Source: Polyangiaceae bacterium
Lineage (GTDB): Bacteria > Myxococcota_A > Polyangia > Polyangiales > Polyangiaceae
Direction of reading: 5' to 3'
NCBI GenBank assembly: GCA_965222375.1
Contig: CBDCTZ010000013.1
Span: 736,001-800,000, forward strand
DNA length: 64,000 bases
Within the stretch, counting starts at the first letter, position 1; the number at the start of each line of letters is the position of its first letter. The translations under genes were made by a program, and so were the position numbers. Below, piece after piece: positions 8,222-19,475 of the stretch. A model generated the notes under the pieces. That model ran no database searches, was not told the origin of the DNA, and worked only from the letters and a program-made list of their open reading frames with translations.

Positions 8222-9606
8222 CAGTCGCTGCCTGCGTCTGCGGGCGTGCCGCCGCTGCCACCGGATGCGCCCCCAGTACCGCCAGACGCGCCACCAGTGC
8301 CACCCGATCCGCCACCGCTGCCCCCGGATGCGCCGCCAGAGCCGCCGCCGGTGCCCCCGCTGCCTGAGCTGCCCCCGAGCCCGCCGTCTGCGCCGCCCTG
8401 CCCGCCGGTGCCACAACCCGGGAGGGGGGTCGCGGCCACTTTCGTTTTGGCGACCGTGGCCTGCCTGGCGTTGAACCCGATCCCCACGCTCACCGAGTCG
8501 CAGGTCGCCTCGGGACTGACAGCGCCCGTCGCGAGGGAGTCGGCGCCACCGTTCACGAAGAAGGTCACCGAGCTGTAGAGGGGGTGGCCGGAGCACACGC
8601 CCAGGAGTTCAAAGCCGTCGATCATGTCTGAGACCTTGGCCGCCCCAGCAATGGTGCCGTCCTCGATCACGTACTTTCCATCCTTGTTCAGGATTCGACC
8701 CGCGAATACGCCGCGCTGAATCGTGAGGGGGTACGCACGAGCCGCGGACTCCCCGGGGAACCAGAAGAGCGCATCCGACGGCAACTGGCCCACGATATAG
8801 CCCTCTCGCACGTAGGCGCTGGGGTCGTTCAGCACCGCACTACCGGAGATGGGGTCGGCACCCACGACGCCGGTGTCTTGCACGACCCACTCATCATCCT
8901 CGGTCCAGCAGGGGTTCTTCTTCCACGACCCTTCGGGTGAAGTCAGGTCACACTTCCACGTGGGCTTGTCCGAGAGGCCCGGGGAAGGGAAGAGGTCGAT
9001 GCGCACGTTCGAATCGTTGTCAGTGCCGTTCCACTCCGAGATCCGGATGACGAAGTTATAGTCACCGCGACATAACGCGCAGTTGAAGCCATCGTTGTTC
9101 AGGCCGAACTCTTTGCCGATGCCTTGGAGTTGAACCGCCTCGTTTTCCAGCTTGCCAAAGCTGTTGTCCCGACAAGAGCGTCCGTCCGGCGGGGACGCTC
9201 CGATGCTCTTGCAAGGAACTTCGAACTGAGGCGTTTCACAACCCTCGGACGCTGAACACAGGCCATCGAGATCGAACCCGAGGTCTTGCCACGCGTCTTC
9301 GCTGGCCGTCTGATTTCGGTCCAGAGACCCGAGGGCCATGCTGCTGACGGCCACGAAGATGGGGTCAATGTCGTCGCCGCCCGCATTCTTCGGCCGTTGC
9401 TCGGCGGTGGGGACGCCAGCGCTGAGGCAACCCTCGGGGGTCTTGCTGGACCACCAGCCGATGCCACTGCCCCATTGGTCTTTGGGCACCGACGACGGCG
9501 CTGGGCCTTCCAGCAGAGACTCGTCGTAGATCTGGCAGGCAAACGGCGTCATCGCCAAACCCACCGCTCCAGACACAGCTGCGATTGCAAGAGCCCGACG
9601 GCGCAT
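8221..9606 (-). CDS. Myxobacterial Cys-containing lipoprotein
   Basis: Signal peptide with FAC, GFDLDGLCS and RDNSFG motifs, Gly-rich C-terminal tail. Confidence 0.75.
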   Translation of the reverse strand: MRRRALAIAAVSGAVGLAMTPFACQIYDESLLEGPAPSSVPKDQWGSGIGWWSSKTPEGCLSAGVPTAEQRPKNAGGDDIDPIFVAVSSMALGSLDRNQTASEDAWQDLGFDLDGLCSASEGCETPQFEVPCKSIGASPPDGRSCRDNSFGKLENEAVQLQGIGKEFGLNNDGFNCALCRGDYNFVIRISEWNGTDNDSNVRIDLFPSPGLSDKPTWKCDLTSPEGSWKKNPCWTEDDEWVVQDTGVVGADPISGSAVLNDPSAYVREGYIVGQLPSDALFWFPGESAARAYPLTIQRGVFAGRILNKDGKYVIEDGTIAGAAKVSDMIDGFELLGVCSGHPLYSSVTFFVNGGADSLATGAVSPEATCDSVSVGIGFNARQATVAKTKVAATPLPGCGTGGQGGADGGLGGSSGSGGTGGGSGGASGGSGGGSGGTGGASGGTGGASGGSGGTPADAGSD

Positions 9607-9699
9607 CAGCTTCAGGATAGCCAAAGCGCCGACGACAATCCTGTTTTTTTCTTCCACAGGCAAGGCACGCCGGAAACGGGGCGATCGGTGGCGGCAGGC

Positions 9700-10863
9700 T
9701 CAGGGTTTCTTGGGGGTCGTCGGTGCCGGGTCCGCATCAATGTCGTTCAGGTCGAGCAGCACCGGGCAGTGGTCAGAAAGTCGCTGGCGGGCCGCGGGCC
9801 GGGGGCCATCGAAACGGCAGGAGCTCACCGCACAGAAGCCTGAAGCCCGCGCGGGTGTCGTGGTGGCCAATTCCGCCCGGTCGAGGCGCACGATCAAATG
9901 ATCGAGGCTTCCGGAGGAGCTGCGATAGGCGTGGGTGCATGCGGGTCGTGCCACCACGCGCCGTCCGAGGGGTGAAACGGCTTGATCCAGAGCTGCCAGT
10001 TCGTCCTGGGCTGTCACTGGCGGCGAGCAGCGCCCGCAGCCCATGGTGTTGAAGTCACCGGCGAGCACGACGTCGAGATCGCCGCTTTTTGCGGCGAGCT
10101 GTGACCACAGGCCGCGGATGCGCGCGGCGGCGCGCTGGCGCAAGGAGTAGTCCCGGCGCTTGGCGCCGCTTTTGGCGTGCAAACTCACCAGGGTGAAGTC
10201 GATGCTCCCGGGCCGAGTCAGATACACGGCGAGCCCGGGCCGAAGTTGGTCCCTGCATGCTCTCCCGTGGGGATTGAGCTCACGGACAACCTGGATCTTG
10301 CTGGCCTTGAGGCGATCCGTGCGCCACAGCACGCCAACGTGCTGTCCGGCGGAGTTGGGGCAATCGTCGAGGCGGAGCCGCCACGTTGCGCTTGTCTCTC
10401 GCTTCAGAATCGCTAGCAATTCGTCGATCCGAGCGCGAGCGCTGGCCGTGGCCTTGAACTCCTGGACCGCGAGGGCGTCCAGGGCCATCCAAGTCAAAGC
10501 GCACCCCAGCCAGGGAACGTCCGTGCCAGCCGCAGGGCGCTTCCCGGGCTTTCCGTCTGGGAACCACCGCACATTCCAGGTCCCAATTCGCACGACGTCG
10601 GCGGCGCGCGGTAGACGAGCACCTCGCCGCAACGCAGCTGCGCAACCTCTGCGAGATCCCCACACTTCCCGAGCGTCGAGCTCAGGCTGCTCGGCTCCGC
10701 GCGCCGCGCTGGATGGATGCGGGGCAGCCGAAATGGCACCAGGTGGGCGCGCGGCTTGGGCGACCGTCCCAGTGACGGTCGGCGCTACACCACCGGGCTC
10801 CCCGCTCCGCTCGGCACAGCCAGCGAGCGCGAGTATCGCTCCGTACTTCAGCAGGCGCCTCAC
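9700..10863 (-). CDS. Endonuclease/exonuclease/phosphatase (EEP) family lipoprotein
   Basis: LAGC lipobox; TWNV, VQE, GDFN, LDH, SDHCP motifs. Confidence 0.88.
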   Translation of the reverse strand: MRRLLKYGAILALAGCAERSGEPGGVAPTVTGTVAQAARPPGAISAAPHPSSAARGAEQPELDAREVWGSRRGCAAALRRGARLPRAADVVRIGTWNVRWFPDGKPGKRPAAGTDVPWLGCALTWMALDALAVQEFKATASARARIDELLAILKRETSATWRLRLDDCPNSAGQHVGVLWRTDRLKASKIQVVRELNPHGRACRDQLRPGLAVYLTRPGSIDFTLVSLHAKSGAKRRDYSLRQRAAARIRGLWSQLAAKSGDLDVVLAGDFNTMGCGRCSPPVTAQDELAALDQAVSPLGRRVVARPACTHAYRSSSGSLDHLIVRLDRAELATTTPARASGFCAVSSCRFDGPRPAARQRLSDHCPVLLDLNDIDADPAPTTPKKP

Positions 10864-11047
10864 GCACTGACCCTACCCTCCTGGCTGCTCCGCCGTGTGG
10901 CACGGCGGCAACACGAGCTGACGCCGACGGGTGTGCCTCCGGGCCACGGCTGCACCTTCACAGACCTCGGTGAGCCAATTGGTTCAACCACTTAAGACAT
11001 TGAATTCAAAGAGGTTTGTTGGACAGCCCCCGCCTCGAATCCATCGC

Positions 11048-11064
11048 TTGGCACGGGGAATGCT
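11048..11064 (+). promoter_or_regulatory. Putative sigma-54 promoter
   Basis: TTGGCACG-GGGA-ATGCT with exact GG-N10-GC spacing, just upstream of ATG 11078. Confidence 0.5.
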
Positions 11065-11077
11065 CCCAAAGCACGGC

Positions 11078-11944
11078 ATGAAAAAGACTGCGCTCAAACT
11101 TGGTCTCTTGATGACTTTCGCGACTGCCATCACCGCATGCGGCACGGCGAAGGACGAGCCCCAACCCGACAAGCCGTTGGGTCCAGTAGCGTCCAACGCT
11201 CAAGAAGCCTGGCCCGAAAAGCCTGCAAGCGTGCCGGCCATTACGGCGGAACAGATCGCACAAGCCTGCGTGATGCAGGCTGCATGCATTCCGGCGAGCG
11301 AAGGACACGACCGCAAGACCCTGCAAGGCCTCGTAGACCTATGCGCCCACGACGCAGCGTTCTCCGCGGAGCGAGCGATCCCGCTGAGCGGTTTCGGAAA
11401 ACGCAACGAGCGGGCGGAATTCTTCGTGGACTGCACCCTCAAAGCGGCGAGCTGCGATGCCGCGCGCGCTTGCACGACAACTCGCTCTGAAGACGTTCAT
11501 TGCGAAGAAGACGGCTGTCGCCTCACCAGCAACGCCAGTCCGTCTGTGAGCTGCAATGGGAGCGTTGCGTCAATCACGACGGGCAGCTCCAGTATTCAAC
11601 GCGATTGCGCACGCGCCTTCGCGCAATGCTCCGAGCAAAGCCCGACGGGGTGCACGGATCGGGCGTTTTCAGCCTGCGACCAGGGCGGAATCGAGCAGGG
11701 CGACCGCTGCGATGGCGACATCCGCCTAGGTTGCGACGGAGGCAATCAGGTCAGCTACCGCGACTGCACACGCCTAGGAGGCAGCTGTCAGCAAAACGGT
11801 AAGGGTGCTTGCGTATATCCGGATGCGGACGCGCTGTGTGGCGGGGATTCGCCATCGCCGAGTGAGTGCACGGGCAGCCAGCTCTCGCTCTGCGTGGGAC
11901 ATGCTCGGATCAGCGTCGATGCGCCCGAGATCTGCCCCCTCTGA
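11078..11944 (+). CDS. Cys-rich lipoprotein
   Basis: MKKTALKLGLL...ITAC lipobox; many cysteines. Confidence 0.75.
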   Translation: MKKTALKLGLLMTFATAITACGTAKDEPQPDKPLGPVASNAQEAWPEKPASVPAITAEQIAQACVMQAACIPASEGHDRKTLQGLVDLCAHDAAFSAERAIPLSGFGKRNERAEFFVDCTLKAASCDAARACTTTRSEDVHCEEDGCRLTSNASPSVSCNGSVASITTGSSSIQRDCARAFAQCSEQSPTGCTDRAFSACDQGGIEQGDRCDGDIRLGCDGGNQVSYRDCTRLGGSCQQNGKGACVYPDADALCGGDSPSPSECTGSQLSLCVGHARISVDAPEICPL

Positions 11945-11979
11945 TCCCAGCAGCAACAAAGGAATGCTACGCCTGAGCG

Positions 11980-14103
11980 ATGAGTTCGGGCGTAGCTAGC
12001 TATGTGGGTCGACAGGATCGCGATGGAGTCCGCATCCTCACCATCGACAACCCCCCCGTGAACGCCCTCGCGGCACCAGTGGTTGCCGAGCTGTGCTCCG
12101 AGCTGGACGCGGCGTTCGACGATCCAGCCGTGCTCGCTTTGGTGATCACTGGCGCGTCAGGCTGCTTCGTTGCCGGCGCGGATATCACTCGACTCGAAAG
12201 TATCGCGCGAGGCCAGCACCCGGCCGTTGGCGACGGCCCAACCTTGCTCGATGCCATCGCCCGGCTGGAGCACAGCCCCAAGCCTTGCGTAGCAGGCATC
12301 GACGGTTTCGCCCTGGGTGGTGGCCTGGAGTTGGCGCTGGCATGCCACGCATGCGTTGGCACCAAGCGGGCACGTCTGGGCTTGCCCGAACTCAAGCTAG
12401 GTTTGATTCCAGGAGCGGGAGGCACTCAGCGACTTCCCCGGATCGTGGGCGTGAGGACGGCGCTGGAGATGACGCTCAGTGGCAAAGAGCTGCGGGGCTC
12501 AGCGGGCAAGGACGCTGGCTTGCTAGAGGCCATCGTCGACGACGACGCACTACTGGATGACGCATGCAACCGAGCGCGGTCACTTCAAGCCAACACGGAA
12601 CCCTGGGTCAGCAATCTGACTCGCGAAGATCGAATCGAGAGTCTCGACGGCGCCGAACGCTGCGCACAGGAAATGCGGAAGCGCGTCGCCAAACGCTACC
12701 GCAACCAGGGACAAATGAACGCCTGCGTCGAGGCGGTACTTCACGGCCTGAGACATGGACCGGCAGCGGGGCTAGAACGCGAGCGGCAGTTGTTCGTCCA
12801 GCTTCTGGACTCGGACGCAGCACGGGGGCTGATTCACGTATTTTTCGCCGAGCGCGCCCTGGGCAAGGCCGACCTCCCGAAGCCACGAGAGCTGAAGCAT
12901 GTCGGCGTGGTCGGCGGCGGAACCATGGGTCGCGGCATCGCGACGGCACTTCTGACCGCCGGCCTCGAAGTCACGCTGGTGGAAAGCGATGGCGCGAGAG
13001 CCCGAGGCGCAAAAACGCAAGTTCACGAGCAACTCGATCGTGACGCCACGCGGGGGCGCGCCACGGCCGAGCAATCTGACGCGCGAAAGCAGCGGCTGAG
13101 CGCAAGCTCGGAATTGTCGTCCCTGAGCCGCGCAGAGTTCGTCATCGAGGCGGTCACCGAGGACGTGGAGCTCAAGCGTACTCTGATCGGGGGACTCAGC
13201 GGCATCCTGGGCGCGGACGTGCCCATCGCCACGAATACGTCGACTCTGTCTCTGACTCGCCTGCATGACGCCGGTGTCGAGGCAGAGCGAATCCTCGGAA
13301 TGCACTTCTTCAGCCCGGCGCACATCATGAAGCTCGTGGAGGTGATCCGCGACGACCGGAGCTCTCCGGCCGCCCTCGCAGATGCGGTTCGACTGACCAA
13401 GCGCATGCGCAAGACGCCAGTGCTCGTGCGCAGCTGCCCGGGATTCCTGCTCAACAGGATCTTCATGCCCTATTCCCAAGCCTGTGGGTTGTTGATCGAT
13501 CGCGGCGTCGACCCCTACGCAATCGACTCGGCCCTGGAGGAGTTCGGTATGCCCATGGGCCCTTGTCGAGTCAGTGATCTCGCGGGCATTGATGTGGGAG
13601 TCAAAGCGGGGGCCGTGCTGGATGCGGCCTATTCGGGTCGCGCGTATCGCTCGGCACTGCGACGGCTGCTCGCCGAAGCCGGCAGGCTGGGCGAAAAGAG
13701 CGGCGCGGGGCACTACCGCTACGACACTGGCCGCGCAGAGCGGGACGACGCTCTGCAGGGCTTCGTCGAGCAGGCTCGGCAAATCGCCGGCAGACCTGAG
13801 CCGATCGAGCTCTCTGCAGAGGACATCGTCGACCACCTGTTGTTTCCGGTGGTCAATGAAGCGCTGCGCGCACTATCCGAGGGCATCGTGAGTCGTCCCG
13901 GCGACGTGGATGTAGCCGCCATTTTGGCATACGGATTCCCCGCCTATCGCGGCGGTCCGCTAAGGTGGGCGGAAAGCCGCGGTTTGCCGGTGGTGCTGCG
14001 GCGGCTCAGCAAATGGCACGCTAGCTACCAGGCCGGCCTATTTGCTCCAAGTGACGCTCTGCAGCGTGCGGCGGAGGCTGGCTCGATGGATTGCCTACTT
14101 TAG
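11980..14103 (+). CDS. Enoyl-CoA hydratase / 3-hydroxyacyl-CoA dehydrogenase multifunctional enzyme (FadB/FadJ-like)
   Basis: NPPVNAL, AGADI, GGGLELA, PGAGGTQRLPR; GGGTMG; NTSTL; GMHFFSPA. Confidence 0.93.
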   Translation: MSSGVASYVGRQDRDGVRILTIDNPPVNALAAPVVAELCSELDAAFDDPAVLALVITGASGCFVAGADITRLESIARGQHPAVGDGPTLLDAIARLEHSPKPCVAGIDGFALGGGLELALACHACVGTKRARLGLPELKLGLIPGAGGTQRLPRIVGVRTALEMTLSGKELRGSAGKDAGLLEAIVDDDALLDDACNRARSLQANTEPWVSNLTREDRIESLDGAERCAQEMRKRVAKRYRNQGQMNACVEAVLHGLRHGPAAGLERERQLFVQLLDSDAARGLIHVFFAERALGKADLPKPRELKHVGVVGGGTMGRGIATALLTAGLEVTLVESDGARARGAKTQVHEQLDRDATRGRATAEQSDARKQRLSASSELSSLSRAEFVIEAVTEDVELKRTLIGGLSGILGADVPIATNTSTLSLTRLHDAGVEAERILGMHFFSPAHIMKLVEVIRDDRSSPAALADAVRLTKRMRKTPVLVRSCPGFLLNRIFMPYSQACGLLIDRGVDPYAIDSALEEFGMPMGPCRVSDLAGIDVGVKAGAVLDAAYSGRAYRSALRRLLAEAGRLGEKSGAGHYRYDTGRAERDDALQGFVEQARQIAGRPEPIELSAEDIVDHLLFPVVNEALRALSEGIVSRPGDVDVAAILAYGFPAYRGGPLRWAESRGLPVVLRRLSKWHASYQAGLFAPSDALQRAAEAGSMDCLL

Positions 14104-15048
14104 CGCGACTTTCGCTTCGAAGTAGCGACCCGACGCGAGCAAGAAGTAGGCACGCCCGGAGTGAGTTGCCGTGGGGGGATCGAAGCCGAGAGTCACGGCC
14201 GCGTGGGGATTGTCCTCATCCTCTGCGCGGGGGTCGTCTCGAAGCAGGACGTCGATCGATAGTTCGATCTTGCCGGCACCGTGCCCGGACGGGACCGCAA
14301 AGCGACCCCGCAACAGCATGGCGCGAGTCCGTTCCAGCAGACGGGTCATCGCCTCGACTGGCGTCTCGGGCTCCGTGATGATCTCACCGAGCTTGCCCTC
14401 CTCGTCCACGGACAGGCGCACCTGCACCGATCCTACGGGCCCCGCCGGCAGCTGACGCCAGTATGGATCGCGGTGGGTTGCAGCTGTGATTGCTCGCACG
14501 AAGGCTTTGTCCAAGCGGCGCACGCCAGGTGGCAAATCCGTCACGCTCCCGCTCTTGGGCGCAGCCCCCGCATCACCATCCGCGGCGGGTTCGGGTTGGT
14601 CAGTCGAGGCGCTTGCGGCGGCCGGCCCACTCCTGGGGCGAGGCATATCCACCGGTGGCTGCGGGGACTTGGGACGCTGCGGAGGTGGGTCCGCTTGTGG
14701 TTTGGACGGCGCTTCCGCCAGCTTGGACTCTGACTGGGCGGGCCCAGGCGGGCGCTTCGGCTTGGGTTCCTTTTCCACGGCGGGCGTCGGCTCGGGTGAG
14801 GGCGGCGCCGCCGGTTTGGCAACAGCGTGAGCGGGGAGTGACGGGCGGGTACCGGGGGCCTGGCTCTTCAGATCGGACTGTTGGGCCAGCAGGGTCTCTA
14901 CGTCGACCGTGTCGCCCCGCCAGTTGTCGCGGCTCTCGGCAGAGCGTGCCGCAGATTGGGCGACTGCGGGAGCTCCGGAAAGCACGCTCAGGACGGCCAG
15001 GTGCAGCCCAATCGAGCTGAAAACGGCGAGCATCGAGCGAAGGCCCAT
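14095..15048 (-). CDS. Pro-rich TonB-like/exported protein
   Basis: N-terminal TM with SxxLH motif (SIGLH), long Pro-rich linker, small C-terminal domain. Confidence 0.55.
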   Translation of the reverse strand: MGLRSMLAVFSSIGLHLAVLSVLSGAPAVAQSAARSAESRDNWRGDTVDVETLLAQQSDLKSQAPGTRPSLPAHAVAKPAAPPSPEPTPAVEKEPKPKRPPGPAQSESKLAEAPSKPQADPPPQRPKSPQPPVDMPRPRSGPAAASASTDQPEPAADGDAGAAPKSGSVTDLPPGVRRLDKAFVRAITAATHRDPYWRQLPAGPVGSVQVRLSVDEEGKLGEIITEPETPVEAMTRLLERTRAMLLRGRFAVPSGHGAGKIELSIDVLLRDDPRAEDEDNPHAAVTLGFDPPTATHSGRAYFLLASGRYFEAKVALK

Positions 15049-15130
15049 GGCAGAAAGACAGCATAGCGCCCGGGGAGTTCCGCCGCCCCTCGGGAATCTG
15101 CCCGCGGGCCAAAGGCGTTTTCATTTCGAA

Positions 15131-16333
15131 ATGACCCATTCTTTCCGATGCTTCGCAGTTTTTTGCTGCGCACTGCCACTGCTCTGCTGCGACGACGCGC
15201 CCGCGGGCCGGAGCAGCGCGACCACAGGCTCGGCGCCCACACGGGTGCTGAGCACCGCCTCATCCGCCCCGAGCGCAGCTGCGGCTGAGCCGAAGGCGTC
15301 CAAGCACGCGCTGTCCAACGCGCAGTTCGCGAAGCTATTCGAAGAAGCCTCCGAGACCGGTCAATACTTCTTCAGTGACAATCACGTTTCGAACGAGACC
15401 AGCTATCTGCAGGTCGCACCCGCCCTCGACAAGCGTAGCAAGCACGGCGGCGCGTATCTGGGAGTAGGACCGGAGCAGAACTTCAGCTACCTGGCGCTGC
15501 TTAAACCAGAGCTGGCCTTCATCATTGACATCCGTCGCGCGAACGCGCTACAGCACCTTTGGTACAAAGCGCTATTCGAGGGTGCGAAGGATCGCTTCCA
15601 GTTCTTGGCCGCACTCACGGGTCGAGCCTCGAGGGATACGGCGGCCGAGGGTGAGAATCTCAAGGGGATCCTCGAGAAGGTCGCTGGGCTGCCCAAGTCA
15701 GAAAAGGGATTCGTCCAAAGCGTCTCCACAGTTCGAAAGCGCATTTCTTCCTGGGGCGTGAAGCTCTCCGCCGCTGACCACAAATCCCTCCAGATCGCAC
15801 AGCGCGCTTTCTTCGATCAAGGGCTCTCGCTGGCTTTCGAGCTGCACGAAGAGAATGGACGGACGTACCCGACTCTGCAGGCGCTACTGCTTCAGAAGGA
15901 CCCGAAGGGCAGGCTTGGTGGCTTTCTTGCGAACCATGAAAGCTTCGTCTTCGTGAGGCAGATGCAGAAAGAAAACCGCATCGTGCCAGTGGTCGGAGAC
16001 TTCGCCGGCGACCACGCCCTGCCCCGCATCGCCGAAGAGCTAAAGCGACGAAAGCTGCCAGTAAACGCGTTCTACGTTTCCAACGTCGAGCAGTACTTGC
16101 TCAAGCCGGAGGTTTGGCCGAAGTGGGTTCGCAACATCGGCTCACTTCCGTCCAACGAGACGAGCGTTTTCATTCGTTGTTACCTCGACCAGGGCAAGCG
16201 CCACCCCGCTCAACTCGAGGGGCACCGCACTGCAACGGTGCTCAGCAGCTTCGACCACTTCAAGTGGCGCTCGAAGAAGAAGGCCTACCGAAGCTTTTAC
16301 GAAATCTCGACCGAAGGCACGCTCGAGAACTGA
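15131..16333 (+). CDS. Conserved hypothetical lipoprotein
   Basis: Signal peptide with Cys; YFFSDNHVSNE, YLGVGPEQNF, FYVSNVEQYL motifs. Confidence 0.75.
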   Translation: MTHSFRCFAVFCCALPLLCCDDAPAGRSSATTGSAPTRVLSTASSAPSAAAAEPKASKHALSNAQFAKLFEEASETGQYFFSDNHVSNETSYLQVAPALDKRSKHGGAYLGVGPEQNFSYLALLKPELAFIIDIRRANALQHLWYKALFEGAKDRFQFLAALTGRASRDTAAEGENLKGILEKVAGLPKSEKGFVQSVSTVRKRISSWGVKLSAADHKSLQIAQRAFFDQGLSLAFELHEENGRTYPTLQALLLQKDPKGRLGGFLANHESFVFVRQMQKENRIVPVVGDFAGDHALPRIAEELKRRKLPVNAFYVSNVEQYLLKPEVWPKWVRNIGSLPSNETSVFIRCYLDQGKRHPAQLEGHRTATVLSSFDHFKWRSKKKAYRSFYEISTEGTLEN

Positions 16334-16354
16334 AGCTTCGGCTCACCGAGTCGC

Positions 16355-16831
16355 TTAGCTCTTGTCGTCTGGTTTCGCACGCACGACAAGCACGGCGCAG
16401 CCGGCGTGCCGCAGGAGCCACTCCGCCACTGAACCCAACACGGCGCGTGACAATTTGCTTCGATTGCGACTCCCGACCACGACTGTGTCCGCATCGTGGC
16501 GTCCCGCCGCGCTGGCCAGAGCCTTTCCGGGAGGACCTGCCAGGACCTCCGTGATCAACTTGGGTGCGCCAGCGGCGCGCTCCTCTTGCCAGGCTTGAAC
16601 CAACTGCTGCACGCGCTCCTCGAACCGCCTTGCTGCTTCCGTCGTATCGACGAGCTGCTCGTGGACGCCGTATTCGATCGTCTTGAACGGGTCGTAGCCT
16701 CCGCCGACAACGTGCACCGCGACGACCTGAGCCCCGCGGCTCGCCGCAAGTTCCAAGGCTTGCAACAGTGCTGCCTCGCTGGCAGCACTCTCGTCCAACC
16801 CCACCAATACGTTCTTCACCGCCTCAGCCAC
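16355..16831 (-). CDS. Universal stress protein
   Basis: VLVGLD, VVVGSR, LGSVAEWLLRHAGCAVLVV. Confidence 0.9.
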   Translation of the reverse strand: MAEAVKNVLVGLDESAASEAALLQALELAASRGAQVVAVHVVGGGYDPFKTIEYGVHEQLVDTTEAARRFEERVQQLVQAWQEERAAGAPKLITEVLAGPPGKALASAAGRHDADTVVVGSRNRSKLSRAVLGSVAEWLLRHAGCAVLVVRAKPDDKS

Positions 16832-18749
16832 TGGCCACGCCCCCCTGGACAAGGGTGGGCTTCTCGGGTGGGTCCTGCAAGCACTCTCCCAGGATCTCGG
16901 TCAGCTGCTCGCGCTCCAGAGTCTCCTCCCGAACTAGAGCCTCGATCAGCCGGTCGATGGCATCTCGCTGTTCCCGCACGATACTCTTGGCACCCTCCAC
17001 CGCACGCGCCAGAAACTCCCGGGTCTCTTGCTCGATGACATGCACGGTTGCGTCGCTCGTACCACCTTCGGTTGCGAGCACCTGACCCAAGAAGGGGTGT
17101 TCGGTCTTGTGCTCATGGTAGACGGGACCCACGCGGTCGCTCATTCCGAAGTGCGCGACCATCTTGAAGGCTAGTTCCGTGGCCTTTTGCAGGTCGTTGG
17201 CGGCGCCGCTGGAAATGCCGTCCAATACGACACTCTCCGCCGCATACCCGCCCATCAGAACTCGAAGTCGGCTCTCCAGTTCTTCCTGAGTCATGATGTG
17301 GCGCTCGCCAGCTGGGGTTTGCTGAGTCACACCCAAGGCCATGCCTCGTGGAATGATGCTGACGCGCCGAAGGGGCTCGGCGCCGGGTGAAAAATGGGCG
17401 ACGACTGCGTGCCCAGCTTCGTGCACGGCAACGCGGTGTTTTTCGTCGGGATCTAGCTTCGTCTCCCGAGGATCTCCCAGCACGACCTTGTCAAAAGCCG
17501 CCCTGAAATCCGCCTTCTCGATGGTCTGCGCGCCGCGCCGAGTCGCGCCGAGGGCAGCTTCGTTGACCAGGTTCGCCAGGTCTGCGCCGGAGAAACCTGG
17601 CGTCGAGCGAGCCATTTCCGCCAGGTCCACTTCGTCCCCCAGAGGTTTGTCACGAGTATGGACACGCAGGATAGCCTCCCTGGCCGCTAGCTCCGGGCGA
17701 TCAACGATAACGCGACGATCGAAACGACCTGGCCTGAGTAGCGCCGAATCCAAGACATCCGGACGGTTGGTGGCAGCCAAAACGATGGTTAGGTCGTTGC
17801 GAGAAAAACCGTCCATCTCGGATAGAAGCTGGTTCAGGGTTTGCTCGCGCTCGTCGTGCCCGCCGCCGAGGCCCGCTCCGCGGGAACGCCCCACCGCATC
17901 TATCTCGTCGATGAACACGATTGCTGGCGCGACCTTCTTGGCTTCTTCGAACAGCTCCCGAACACGGGAGGCTCCAACCCCGACGAATAGCTCGATGAAT
18001 TCAGAGCCATTGATGGAAAAGAACGGCACTCCGGCTTCACCAGCGACAGCACGGGCGAGAAGGGTCTTACCGGTCCCGGGCGGCCCGACCAGGAGCACGC
18101 CGCGGGGCACTTTCCCTCCCAGCCGCCGGAAGCGGTCGGGTTCCTTCAGGAATTCGACGATCTCCCTCAGATCCTGCTTGGCCGGACCGAGGCCTGCAAC
18201 GTTCTCGAAGGTGACCTGCACCTCCCCTTCTTGCTCGAATCTGCGCGACTTGCCCTTCAACATTCCGCCAAGGGGGTTGGCGCCTCCCATCATCTTCTGG
18301 GCGCGCCTGGAGAGCCACACCCACACACCGATGATCAGTACCCAGGGCAGAATGCTGAGAATCAACTGCAAGGCGAGAGGCTGCTCTTCGCTGCGGGCCT
18401 CCACCTTGACACCTTTGCCGCGCAGCAGGGGAAGTAGTTCGTCATCTTTGACAACGGGCAGAGTCGTTTGGAACTTCTTGACGCGGGCACCATCGACGGA
18501 CTGCTCACTCTTGAGCACACCGGTGACTCGATTGCCTTGGAGCACAACGCTTTCCAACTGCTCCTGCTCCGCGAGCCTGTAGAAGGCTGAGTAGCTAACC
18601 GTCGGTTGAGATACCTGGCGATTGGCGAAGTACTGCCACCCCCAAAACGACGCCAGCAGGACCGCAAGCGTCAGCCAGCCACGCCACGACGGCGAGCGGG
18701 GATCCGGCTCGGGAGTCGGGCCAGGCGGGCGAGGTGCGGCTTGCGGCAT
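16824..18749 (-). CDS. ftsH: ATP-dependent zinc metalloprotease FtsH
   Basis: Two TMs, [28 protein letters not shown]. Confidence 0.97.
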   Translation of the reverse strand: MPQAAPRPPGPTPEPDPRSPSWRGWLTLAVLLASFWGWQYFANRQVSQPTVSYSAFYRLAEQEQLESVVLQGNRVTGVLKSEQSVDGARVKKFQTTLPVVKDDELLPLLRGKGVKVEARSEEQPLALQLILSILPWVLIIGVWVWLSRRAQKMMGGANPLGGMLKGKSRRFEQEGEVQVTFENVAGLGPAKQDLREIVEFLKEPDRFRRLGGKVPRGVLLVGPPGTGKTLLARAVAGEAGVPFFSINGSEFIELFVGVGASRVRELFEEAKKVAPAIVFIDEIDAVGRSRGAGLGGGHDEREQTLNQLLSEMDGFSRNDLTIVLAATNRPDVLDSALLRPGRFDRRVIVDRPELAAREAILRVHTRDKPLGDEVDLAEMARSTPGFSGADLANLVNEAALGATRRGAQTIEKADFRAAFDKVVLGDPRETKLDPDEKHRVAVHEAGHAVVAHFSPGAEPLRRVSIIPRGMALGVTQQTPAGERHIMTQEELESRLRVLMGGYAAESVVLDGISSGAANDLQKATELAFKMVAHFGMSDRVGPVYHEHKTEHPFLGQVLATEGGTSDATVHVIEQETREFLARAVEGAKSIVREQRDAIDRLIEALVREETLEREQLTEILGECLQDPPEKPTLVQGGVASG

Positions 18750-18860
18750 GCCCGCTCAACTTAGTGATGGCGAGCGGGGTTGTCGACGGCCTCGATGGCG
18801 GCCACCATGAGCGATTGTCTTCGCAATCTCCGCTCAATCTCGCCTAGATTGTAAGAATCT

Positions 18861-19475
18861 GTGAAAAAGCATGTCCTCGCCCAACCCACCGGAGCGCCCA
18901 CGCCGCCTCCAGCGGAGTGCCTGGAGCAGGAGCTCACGCGGCGAATTCTCGAAGCGATGCCGGGGGGCGTCGTACGCGTCGCCGCCGACGGGGCGATCTT
19001 GCACGCCAACCCCGCGGCCTGTCGGGTGCTCGGGCTTCGACTGGACGAGCTGACGCAGCGCTTCACGACGGACTTCGCCGTAGAGACGATCAACGAGGAT
19101 GGCAGCACTGGCACCGGGGTGGCGGCGGAAACGGCGGCGCGGGTATTCGACCCATTCTTCAGTACCAAAACGAATGGGCGGGGACTGGGGTTCGCTGCCA
19201 CTTTGGGAATTGTTCGCTCCCACCGGAGCGCAATCGAGCTTTCGTCAGAGTTGGGTGCAGGAACGAGGTACCGGGTGTACCTGCCGGTCTCCGGGCGATC
19301 GCGTTTTGTGTCTCAACCGCCGGCGCTAGTGGCTGCTGACCTACAGGGTGGTCGCTTGCTGGTGATCGATGACGAGCCCGCCGTCCTCGACATCGCATGC
19401 AGCCCTACAGAAGCCCTACAGCCCGGCTGCTCTGGTCGCGGCAGTAGAAGCCGCTCTGAAGCGCAGCTGAGCTAG
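18861..19475 (+). pseudogene. Internally deleted PAS-histidine kinase-REC remnant
   Basis: PAS start (ILHANPAACRVLG) joined directly to HATPase end (FDPFFSTK, GRGLG) and a truncated REC (VIDDE); no H-box. Confidence 0.7.

Noticed and set aside
7808..8596. N-terminal extensions of the EVE ORF and similar over-long ORFs (42725, 33195, 46463, 14909)
   Set aside because: They overlap other genes; downstream starts with signal peptides or translational coupling fit better.
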